26,369 nt of DNA from a virus (Duplodnaviria > Caudoviricetes), in IMG/VR virus record IMGVR_UViG_3300022885_000070, positions 1 to 26,369 of that record; one strand, 5' to 3'. This document shows positions 18,270-26,065 of the stretch, one piece after another; the stretch's first letter is position 1; every line of letters starts with the position of its first letter. A model generated the notes under the pieces. The model was given only the letters and a program-made list of their open reading frames with translations, was not told where the DNA came from and did no database searches. Made by a program: the position numbers and the translations under genes.

Positions 18270-18659
18270 TGTCTGATCATTGATGAAGCTGCACATATTC
18301 CAAATGATTTGATGAAAGAAATTTGGAAATCTGTCATTCCTACCATCTCGGCCAATAAAAATGGAGAAATTATAACCATCTCAACTCCTAACGGTGCCGA
18401 TAAAGATAATAAATTCTATCAATTATATCTAGAAGCTCAAAAAGAAAATAGTATATGGGCACTAATGTTGGTAAATTGGTGGGAAATTGAGGGTAGAGAT
18501 GAAGAATGGAAAAAACAGGAAATCGAAACCATTGGATCTTTACATGACTTTTTACAAGAATATGAAAATTGTGTAAGTGGTGAAAGTATTCTAGATTTGA
18601 TAAGTATTGATAACGAATACACCAAAAAATCAATTGAACAACTCTATATCGATATGTAA
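17928..18659 (+). CDS. terL: Terminase large subunit part 2: intein C-half 1 (114 aa), 100-aa extein, intein N-half 2 (29 aa)
   Basis: Extein 18270-18569 has Walker B CLIIDEAAHIP, coupling motif ISTPNG, VNWWEIEGRDEEW and FLQEYEN. Confidence 0.93.
   Translation: MADVTNYKIFKNDDFEILTKDGFQDFKGLIVGKNINKLLLTFSNGKSLLCTHHHKIMIDDLNFIYAHDMVVGDHIFGGHILISSENVENDEPVYEFLEIENNHTYYANDILSNQCLIIDEAAHIPNDLMKEIWKSVIPTISANKNGEIITISTPNGADKDNKFYQLYLEAQKENSIWALMLVNWWEIEGRDEEWKKQEIETIGSLHDFLQEYENCVSGESILDLISIDNEYTKKSIEQLYIDM
18570..18659 (+). mobile_element. Split intein 2, N-half (29 aa)
   Basis: CVSGESILDLISIDNEYTKKSIEQLYIDM*, with block A plus the (S/K)IE(Q/D)LY end typical of short TerL intein N-halves. Confidence 0.88.
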
Positions 18660-18921
18660 ACTCGATAAAGGACTTTATAGTTCCGTCCCAATCAAACGAG
18701 AAAACGCAAACACCAAAAGGAGAGAAACCAATTTTAAATTGTATGGGAATTTTTCACCAAATACTTTTGGGGTATTATCCCGATGGTTATTGTCATGAGA
18801 CCAATACTATCTACGAACTATATAAAAGATATGATAAACAGAAGAATTCTGATAATAGACAATCTGAAATTGTCGAAAACTCGGGTGTAATTTTGTAATC
18901 ATATGGGATATTAAAAAATGA
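18660..18921 (+). pseudogene. Decayed Vsr-like homing endonuclease between the halves of intein 2
   Basis: Frame 1 KRRETNFKLYGNFSPN; frame 2 LGYYPDGYCHETNTIYELY...DNRQSEIVEN (18767-18880); frame 1 LGCNFVIIWDIKK* with its TGA (18919-18921) overlapping the ATG at 18918. Confidence 0.7.
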
Positions 18922-19235
18922 AAAAAAACAATAAAGGTTATAAAATTTTAACACCATCTGGATATCAATCTTTTGATGGTATACGAAAAATAAAAAAGAA
19001 AGTATATAAAGTCGAAACCGAGACTAAAATTATTCGGGTTACTCTGGATCATCCATTTCAAGTGGATGGTAAAGTTGTTTTAACCAGAGATTTATCTCTA
19101 TGGGATATGTTAGAAACTAAAGCGGGTAAGGAGATGGTTTTAGATATAAGCCCAGATGGTGAAGAATGGGTTTTTGATCTAATAAATGTAAAAAATGGAA
19201 GTATTTATTATGCAAATGACATATTGGTTCATAAC
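18918..19235 (+). mobile_element. Split intein 2, C-half (106 aa)
   Basis: YKILTPSGYQSFDGI, block B VTLDHPF, block F/G WVFDLINVKNGSIYYANDILVHN followed by Cys+1 at 19236. Confidence 0.93.
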
Positions 19236-20273
19236 TGTTTCCACCCTCCCGGTAAATCTGTCATTGATCCTGCCTTATTGGAAAAGCTAAAATCTCAATG
19301 CAATGAACCAATTTTGGTTACTGATGATGGTGCATACAAAATATATACACTACCGAAACCCACAAGTTTTTATGTGATAGGCGTTGATGTAGGTGAAGGT
19401 ATCGGTCGAACAAATAGTGTTGCTCAAATATTAGATATATCTGATTTAAGAAATATTGAGCAGGTTGCTGTTTATGCGCGGAACGATATGAGTCCCTATG
19501 TGTTTGGAACCCGTTTAATGGGCATTCTGAACGATTGGGGACGACCTCCGATAGCAATTGAAACAAATAATTACGGTCAACAAATATTGGATGTGTTGAA
19601 TAATACACACAATTACGAATCGTTGGTGACTTATAGACCGGATGGTCAATCTTCGCACTACAATCGCGAAGGTCGATTGGGAATCTATAGTCATACAAAT
19701 ACCAAATATAAAGGTTTGACGAATTTCCGATATTGGATCGATAGTATAAAGGCCGTTAAGTTCAACGACTTGGATACTCTTATCGAAATTTCCGAATTTA
19801 TCCAATTACCAAATTACACATTTGGTAAAAAGAATGATTCTGATAGAGATGATCGCGTATTTGGATTAGTTTGGGCATTGTTTATGTTAGAACCATCATT
19901 AACCAGAATGTTTTTCAACATAGTTGAAACCGATGAACAAGGAAGACCCTTGATTATTACACCATTCATCGACAATTCTGATCTAATTAAGAAAAGTCCA
20001 ATATTTAGTGGTGATGTTAATGTTTATAAAAAAGAAGAAAGTGTGTTTAATCCGTTAGCATTTATGCCAACCGCCCCAGATAAAGATTCTACATTAGCAG
20101 ATGAGGAAAGTATGTTAGGAGGTTGGTTGCTTAAATGGGAACCCACCGATAAACCGTTGAACGAGTATAAACAATACAATCCAGAAATTATATGGAAATC
20201 TGATGATGTTATAAAACAAGAGGAAAGATTAATCGACGAAGATAATTCTAATAGACCAATTTTTCTATTCTAA
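18918..20273 (+). CDS. terL: Terminase large subunit part 3: intein C-half 2 (106 aa) plus 345-aa nuclease domain
   Basis: After VHN: CFHPPGKSVID, RNase H-fold nuclease motifs YVIGVDVGEGIG, AIETNNYG, DRDDRVFG. Confidence 0.93.
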   Translation: MKKNNKGYKILTPSGYQSFDGIRKIKKKVYKVETETKIIRVTLDHPFQVDGKVVLTRDLSLWDMLETKAGKEMVLDISPDGEEWVFDLINVKNGSIYYANDILVHNCFHPPGKSVIDPALLEKLKSQCNEPILVTDDGAYKIYTLPKPTSFYVIGVDVGEGIGRTNSVAQILDISDLRNIEQVAVYARNDMSPYVFGTRLMGILNDWGRPPIAIETNNYGQQILDVLNNTHNYESLVTYRPDGQSSHYNREGRLGIYSHTNTKYKGLTNFRYWIDSIKAVKFNDLDTLIEISEFIQLPNYTFGKKNDSDRDDRVFGLVWALFMLEPSLTRMFFNIVETDEQGRPLIITPFIDNSDLIKKSPIFSGDVNVYKKEESVFNPLAFMPTAPDKDSTLADEESMLGGWLLKWEPTDKPLNEYKQYNPEIIWKSDDVIKQEERLIDEDNSNRPIFLF

Positions 20274-20285
20274 CTAATTATTTCT

Positions 20286-20894
20286 ATGAATCAAGCAATC
20301 CTAAACAAACAACGCCATGATAAATTCATTATGGTTTTGAGTATTCCACCGATCATGCGAGATATAATTGATGTGGTGTCAGATGATAAATTTGACCCGG
20401 ATTCTTTACAATTTTCGTGCTATGGTTCCCCGGTCCCTAATGTAAGTATTCCATCTATCGATGTTCCTTATGGCGGTCAGGTGATAAAAATATCTAGCAA
20501 TTCTCGACCAGTTTTTCCATCATTTGTATTAACATTTGTCATCGATAATGGTTGGAGAAATTACTGGATTCTATTATCGTGGTTAAACTTGTTCAACGAT
20601 CAAAAAGATGGTTCGACTAGCTATAACCATGGAAATAGATCCGAATCAGAACCTTATGCAGCAGATAAAAATAATATACCTTTCCGCGATATGGTATCAT
20701 CCTTTAAGACCTATGCAATCGATGAGTATAATAAAAAAATTATGGGGTTTGATTTTACCAATGTTTTCCCAACAGAAATAAGCGAAATTGGGTTTTCCCA
20801 TCAAGACCCATCTGAAATTATTTGTAAGGCATCATTTGCCTTTAACCAACTTCATCCTAAGTTAATTAGAGATATTGATAAGAACAATTGTTAA
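20286..20894 (+). CDS. Tail completion / tube terminator protein (T4 gp3-like, tube fold)
   Basis: LQFSCYGSPVPNVSIPSIDVP, FVLTFVIDNGWRNYWILLSWL, FDFTNVFPTEISEIGF, CKASFAF. Confidence 0.7.
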   Translation: MNQAILNKQRHDKFIMVLSIPPIMRDIIDVVSDDKFDPDSLQFSCYGSPVPNVSIPSIDVPYGGQVIKISSNSRPVFPSFVLTFVIDNGWRNYWILLSWLNLFNDQKDGSTSYNHGNRSESEPYAADKNNIPFRDMVSSFKTYAIDEYNKKIMGFDFTNVFPTEISEIGFSHQDPSEIICKASFAFNQLHPKLIRDIDKNNC

Positions 20895-20897
20895 TTT

Positions 20898-22556
20898 ATG
20901 AGTAATATAGAAGACATCGTAAATTCTCAGAAAGATGAGAGTAAATTACATTCGATTGATGATCAGGTTTATTATTTCGAAGTGTGGATATATAATCAAA
21001 TAGTTGGGCAAGATCCTTTTCAGGTTCCGTATCTCTTTATCGATTCCTTATCTATAGAAGAATCTATAGAAGATTTCAACACCAGTGGATGGATCGTTCT
21101 TAATAATGATTATGAGATTCTTGAAAGGTTTTTTCCTAACACGTCTAAGGCACCATTTATATTTAGGACCGATGGTCGGAACAAAATTCGATTGCAAATA
21201 TACCCAGTATTCGAAACATCTCAAGATTTTCTAATATTAGATGATTCTAATAAAGAAGCCGATAAAGAACTTAGAAAAAAATGGGAGATCGATTTAGACT
21301 GTGTGGTTTATGATGTGGAAGATATTGATGTTCCAAATGCCAAAAATAAGAAAAAGAAATTTTATTTTCATGATGAACGTTATCAAATATTCTCAGAAAA
21401 GAATATAGAATGGAGCACTGCCGTAGAAGGAAAATCTCACCAATTCGAAGGAACTGCTCCTTACATAAATACGGCAATTTTACCAGATCATCAAAGATGT
21501 TGTAGGGCTAATTATGCACTACGATCCATCATAGAAGAAGCAGGTATTTCTCCGGATAGTAAATCATTGTTAAAGGTAGGTGGCGGAACGATTGATGACC
21601 CATCATACACTATACAAGGCGACAGGACAATTTGGGATATAGGAACAGAAGATAATAACATTTTTTACACTTCACCCGCCTATAATACGGTTCTTGATGA
21701 TATTGATTATGTTTTAAAATATTGCGGAACCAAAGAAAGAGGACCATCATTTCTTAGTCTAACCCGTTGGGCTGGTGAAGGAGCAAAGGTTTTTGAATTA
21801 AAAAGTTTAAAAAGTTATTTTGATGATGCCAAGACAGAACAAGTCGAACATTTAATTATTGAAGATGGTGTTCTAGAGGTTGGTGGAGATATAAAAAATG
21901 GTTATGTATCAACCATGAAACCTTATTTTCCTAAAGCACCTAATGACGTTAGTAATAATGTTCAGAACTTTACATCTGGTAAGGCTTCTAGAATCCATTC
22001 TTATAGATTTTCTCCTATGGTAGCTTCTGATGATTCTCGTATATGCACAACACCATTACATAATTTCGATTTCTCCAAAGGATCTTTTAATATTATGTTC
22101 AATGGTAACAAAATCGATGACGTTCATATATCTATGACCGATTATGCCAAAGATGGTTTACATTCGTTTGTAGAATCTTCCAATAAGGCGCACATCTTGA
22201 TGAATATCAATCAGACTAAAAAGAAAGGTATAATGATTAATAACCATTTTGAACCTTTGCAATTTATGCCTAAATTTTTACCACAGACTAATATGATTCG
22301 TGATTTGTTATTTTTAAATGAATGTATATGTTTTACCGTCACCGGATTGACTATTAGATCTCCGGGAAGATTTTTGTTTATTGATAAATTAACCAGTAAT
22401 GGTGACCCAGATCCACACGCCGATAGATTTTTAGGTCAGTGGTTTATCATTCGTGTGGTTCACTTGTTCCAACAAGGTAGATATATTTCAGAAGTCGTTG
22501 CAACAAAAGTAGATACGTTCAAAAAAATTTGGGATATGGAAGACGCAAAATATTAA
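20898..22556 (+). CDS. Putative baseplate hub protein (gp27-like)
   Basis: N-terminal IDSLSIEESIEDFNTSGWIVL; C-terminal FTVTGLTIRSPGRFLFI...FLGQWFIIRVVHLF...SEVVATKVD, typical of hub proteins of contractile systems. Confidence 0.65.
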   Translation: MSNIEDIVNSQKDESKLHSIDDQVYYFEVWIYNQIVGQDPFQVPYLFIDSLSIEESIEDFNTSGWIVLNNDYEILERFFPNTSKAPFIFRTDGRNKIRLQIYPVFETSQDFLILDDSNKEADKELRKKWEIDLDCVVYDVEDIDVPNAKNKKKKFYFHDERYQIFSEKNIEWSTAVEGKSHQFEGTAPYINTAILPDHQRCCRANYALRSIIEEAGISPDSKSLLKVGGGTIDDPSYTIQGDRTIWDIGTEDNNIFYTSPAYNTVLDDIDYVLKYCGTKERGPSFLSLTRWAGEGAKVFELKSLKSYFDDAKTEQVEHLIIEDGVLEVGGDIKNGYVSTMKPYFPKAPNDVSNNVQNFTSGKASRIHSYRFSPMVASDDSRICTTPLHNFDFSKGSFNIMFNGNKIDDVHISMTDYAKDGLHSFVESSNKAHILMNINQTKKKGIMINNHFEPLQFMPKFLPQTNMIRDLLFLNECICFTVTGLTIRSPGRFLFIDKLTSNGDPDPHADRFLGQWFIIRVVHLFQQGRYISEVVATKVDTFKKIWDMEDAKY

Positions 22557-23920
22557 TGAATACACAATTTTTAAATTCATTTTCCAAAGGTTCTAAGAAC
22601 TATACAGGAGATTATCCTATATATTTAGACGGGTCTATTAATTGTGTTAATGAATCTTCGTTGGTAAGCAATATATATCCTAGCGAAAAATTCACATGCG
22701 AATCTATAGGGTATTCATCTACACCATTTGGAGCATGTCCAAATGGTTCAAACAGTGTAACATATACAGATGCCGTTGGAAATCAACATATATGTTATAC
22801 AAATTGCATTGTTCCTTTCGAATTTGATGGTCCTGTATATGATGTCGATTATGATAACGTTAGAAATCGAGTATGGGTTGTTGGGGAATTTTCCGAAAAA
22901 ATTAAAAAGTTAGATGTTGATTTACAAGATGATACATCATTTGACCCACAACTAGCACCCACAACTAATTTTGATCAGGTGTATAGTTTGCGTTTAACTG
23001 GTGGGTGTTTTGTAGGGTCTTTTTCTAAGATTATTCCACATGTTGGAGCAACCAATGCAAGAGGGTTTCGTTATAAGTCCGATGGAGAATTTATAGATAC
23101 TTTCGCAATAACTGATACACATCATGATGGTAATAGATTTAACTTTATTGTTTTAGAAAATCTTGATGTAATACATATTGGAACATATGTAAATTTTAAC
23201 AGTTATAATTTGTCATCTGGTAGTAGAATTTTTACACAGAGTATGCCCGTAAACTGTCATGGTGTATTGACAAACTTCGACAGAGATAAGGTCGTATTAA
23301 CAACTAGACCCACTGTTAGTGGTCCTAAAACAAACCCACTAAACCCAAGATCCTTAAAATATTTAGACGGGACATCTTTACTATTAGAACCATCGTTTAC
23401 TTCTAATGGTGGAACGGGGTTGGGGGCGTCTACATTTGCAGGTCTTAACGAGTCTAATGCTAAGATAGGAACAAACCCACTGAACTCTTATATATATGTA
23501 AGCACAAATGATAATGCTAGTTGGGGTGGGACAGACTATTCTTGGAATGGTGGGTCAGCAACAAAACATACGTTTATAGCCAAGATAGGGATAGACGGTA
23601 TAGAAGCTTCTGATTGGAACACTTCTGGAAATGATAGTCTTGGATATTACTATAATTGGAGTGTATTTACGGTTGATTCCAATGATAGAGTATATGTGGG
23701 AGGCTCTATAGCCGCCATCAGGGGCGTTTCTGTAGATGCTGGCAGGTTATACCGCTTACTAGAAAATGGTGATTACGACACATCCTTTTCCCACACTTTT
23801 AATGGTATGGTGAGGGGTGCATTATGGTGCGAGATTGATAATTCTCTACTTGTATGGGGGGATTTTACCGAAGTTGATGGTGATGATACGAAAAAATATC
23901 TAACAAAAATAGCTTTATGA
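22556..23920 (+). CDS. Beta-propeller-like protein with delta-60-like repeats, probably virion-associated
   Basis: FDGPVYDV...VWVVGEFS...DDTSF, RVYVGGSI...YRLLENGDYDTSF...FNGMV...LLVWGDFT; Cys-rich N-terminus. ATG 22556 overlaps the upstream TAA (TAATG) and is preferred over 22529. Confidence 0.6.
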   Translation: MNTQFLNSFSKGSKNYTGDYPIYLDGSINCVNESSLVSNIYPSEKFTCESIGYSSTPFGACPNGSNSVTYTDAVGNQHICYTNCIVPFEFDGPVYDVDYDNVRNRVWVVGEFSEKIKKLDVDLQDDTSFDPQLAPTTNFDQVYSLRLTGGCFVGSFSKIIPHVGATNARGFRYKSDGEFIDTFAITDTHHDGNRFNFIVLENLDVIHIGTYVNFNSYNLSSGSRIFTQSMPVNCHGVLTNFDRDKVVLTTRPTVSGPKTNPLNPRSLKYLDGTSLLLEPSFTSNGGTGLGASTFAGLNESNAKIGTNPLNSYIYVSTNDNASWGGTDYSWNGGSATKHTFIAKIGIDGIEASDWNTSGNDSLGYYYNWSVFTVDSNDRVYVGGSIAAIRGVSVDAGRLYRLLENGDYDTSFSHTFNGMVRGALWCEIDNSLLVWGDFTEVDGDDTKKYLTKIAL

Positions 23921-24231
23921 TAAGCCGAAACGATCTTAAAAAAAGAATACAGCAACACGCGAAGATAAGAGACTTGGCAACATCTAACAAGTCTATGCCG
24001 TCTATGTCCCAAATGGTCCAAAATGTTGGCCATAGTGTGGTTAAAAATGTTCGAAGTGTTGCTTCTGGAAATGCACTAAAAATATCCGAAGAGGACAAAA
24101 ACTCTAGATTGGATATTTGTAAATCGTGTGAGTTCTTTGAATCTGTTAAACAACGGTGTCTCAAATGTGGGTGTTTTTTATCTGTAAAAACATATTTAAA
24201 GGCCGAAAAATGTCCAATTAATAAATGGTAA
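23917..24231 (+). CDS. Cys-rich protein (DUF6171-like)
   Basis: RLDICKSCEFF...RCLKCGCFLSVKTYLKAEKCPINKW; ATGA overlap with the upstream gene. Confidence 0.75.
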   Translation: MISRNDLKKRIQQHAKIRDLATSNKSMPSMSQMVQNVGHSVVKNVRSVASGNALKISEEDKNSRLDICKSCEFFESVKQRCLKCGCFLSVKTYLKAEKCPINKW

Positions 24232-24816
24232 TCAATAAGTTGAATCGCTCTTAAACCATTCTTCTATAATGGTTTTTGCATATCGCAATGGTTCAATTTT
24301 TAGATCTTCGTCGTCAAAGGTGGGCCAATTTATGCATAAATTGGCACGTTCTTTAATTCTTTTATTATTTTCTCTCTCGTAAACGTTGGCCGGAAGTATA
24401 CCGTCTCTTTCTAAATAAACCAAAAAACCTTTAACTTCATCGGTGATCCAACTTAATTCATCTTTTTCATATTCATCATATCTAATATCTGGAACAATAT
24501 CTATGTTTCCGGAAGGTTCGAACATATCAATAAAATATCGACCGCCTGTAACTTTTCTCTGAATCCTACCATACTCAACCATAATTGGCCGTATAAGAGT
24601 TTTTTCTTCATCTGTGGGGGTATGAACGTTTATTCCGAATTTAGACTCTACAAGTTCTTCTAGATCTTTCCTAACTCGATCCCCGGCAATTGATCTACGA
24701 ACGGCCTTTAGATGGAATAGTCTATAAAAACATTCGATCATTGCGGTGCATAAAACATCTTTACCAACAAGACCATTTCCAGAAATTCCAATAACAAGTT
24801 TTGATTTTTGAGTCAT
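24232..24816 (-). CDS. Deoxynucleoside monophosphate kinase-like P-loop protein (T4 gp1-like)
   Basis: VIGISGNGLVGKD, IAGDRVRKDL, EKTLIRPIMVEYG, IVPDIRY...E. Confidence 0.75.
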   Translation of the reverse strand: MTQKSKLVIGISGNGLVGKDVLCTAMIECFYRLFHLKAVRRSIAGDRVRKDLEELVESKFGINVHTPTDEEKTLIRPIMVEYGRIQRKVTGGRYFIDMFEPSGNIDIVPDIRYDEYEKDELSWITDEVKGFLVYLERDGILPANVYERENNKRIKERANLCINWPTFDDEDLKIEPLRYAKTIIEEWFKSDSTY

Positions 24817-24826
24817 ATATGTAAGT

Positions 24827-24854
24827 ATTTTAACATAGATGACCGATAATACAA
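24827..24854 (-). promoter_or_regulatory. Candidate sigma70-type promoter TTGTAT-N16-TAAAAT with extended TGn
   Basis: Minus strand reads ...TGtTAAAAT then 10 nt to the kinase ATG; overlaps the start of the divergent gene. Confidence 0.4.
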
Positions 24855-26065
24855 CTAATAATTCAACAGAAAGTTTGGAAAAACAAACTCTTTTACATGG
24901 ATCAAAACCTTTAAATGTACTTATACAAACCTACGGGAATGATGAGGCCGAGTATAGAAAATATCTTCATATTCTTATAGATGGTGTTGATGCTGTCGGT
25001 CAATCGTACCCATACACCAATGAGGCTGGTCAATCAAACTCATATCCTGTCACAAATATTGAGTTCCAAAAAATACACCAACACGCACAATCAAAACAAT
25101 ATTCTGCATTCAAAACAATGACTCCTGCCGGAAAAGCGGGAGCGTTTGAACCGTATGGGACCGAAGGTGTTGTTTGTGCATTAAACCACCAAAGGTTGAG
25201 CAGTAGTCCGATAACGGGGCCTAAAAAAAACACACCATCGTTGTCAGAATTTTCATTAAATCGAATCCACCCCTTCTTTTCGGATGAAATTGATCGATAT
25301 TGCACAGCAATTAAGGCTGGTGCATATCTTGCTCTACCAGCTATGGCATTTGGATCTTTACAGAGGGTTGTATCTGCACTGAGTGGTTTGGCTAGTTCGA
25401 TCCAAAAGATAATGTTTAGCATATATAAGGGTGCTATAAAGGCAATCCAAGAATTTTATGCTTACGTAAATGGTGTAATTGTAAAGATGCAAAAAATGAT
25501 GTTCAGTGTAATCGAACAGATCATACCATTAGATTTGATGTGTCTTATATTAGAGGCAATTCAGGTTATTGCAGATGATATAAGTTTTTTCAGCGCAATT
25601 TTTGGCCAAACAGGCCCAATTAATCAATATATTAATACGTTCCAAAACTATACTAATCGAGCCTCAACATTAGCAGGGAATCCTTTTACCACACTATCGG
25701 CATATCTACCACCCGATATTAAAAATGCTATAGATATGGTTGATCAAATTGGTTCTGATCCAAATGGGTTTTTAACCGATCAACTTACAAATTATGGATA
25801 TGCTTGGGCTGTAAATGCTGTACAAGGTGATATAGCCGGGGCATTGGTTAATAAATATGGTGCTCAATATGCAGCAATTGGACCTGTTGGTAGAATATTA
25901 AATGCATCTGAAAATTATTCTAGAAACTTGGGATTTTACCCGAAGACTCCTGCGGTTATTGGTCCTAATATAACGACATCGCGTGGGGTTCCTTTAGATG
26001 GTAACTATAATACCAAAAATTCGCCGAAAGTGACAAATGAAAATATAGGAATTAAACCAAAATGA
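24839..26065 (+). CDS. Hypothetical protein, probably virion/baseplate-associated
   Basis: 408 aa with a long amphipathic helical region; TGTAAGTA at 24820-24827; ATGA-coupled to the gp5-like gene. Confidence 0.6.
   Translation: MTDNTTNNSTESLEKQTLLHGSKPLNVLIQTYGNDEAEYRKYLHILIDGVDAVGQSYPYTNEAGQSNSYPVTNIEFQKIHQHAQSKQYSAFKTMTPAGKAGAFEPYGTEGVVCALNHQRLSSSPITGPKKNTPSLSEFSLNRIHPFFSDEIDRYCTAIKAGAYLALPAMAFGSLQRVVSALSGLASSIQKIMFSIYKGAIKAIQEFYAYVNGVIVKMQKMMFSVIEQIIPLDLMCLILEAIQVIADDISFFSAIFGQTGPINQYINTFQNYTNRASTLAGNPFTTLSAYLPPDIKNAIDMVDQIGSDPNGFLTDQLTNYGYAWAVNAVQGDIAGALVNKYGAQYAAIGPVGRILNASENYSRNLGFYPKTPAVIGPNITTSRGVPLDGNYNTKNSPKVTNENIGIKPK

Noticed and set aside
18607-18798. 63-aa ORF as a functional gene
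   Set aside because: TTG start inside IntN2; its informative part is one frame of the decayed endonuclease.
18660-18917. Group I intron joining parts 2 and 3 (the gap is a multiple of 3)
   Set aside because: I could not see group I core elements, the gap is explained by endonuclease remnants, and both flanks match known short-N/long-C split intein ends.
17167-20273. terL as a simple pseudogene
   Set aside because: Both breaks fall inside inteins at the same structural position, and all ATPase, nuclease and main splicing motifs are retained.
6051-22556. Bacterial eCIS, tailocin or T6SS locus
   Set aside because: A terminase, dNMP kinase, homing endonuclease and T4-type late promoters indicate a DNA-packaging phage.
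816-25422. Short antisense or nested ORFs in the track (e.g. 816-1046, 1227-1445, 4467-4706, 7632-7877, 14161-14862, 19318-19805, 23773-24164, 25030-25422)
   Set aside because: They lie within well-supported genes, have no recognisable motifs and are best explained as shadow ORFs.
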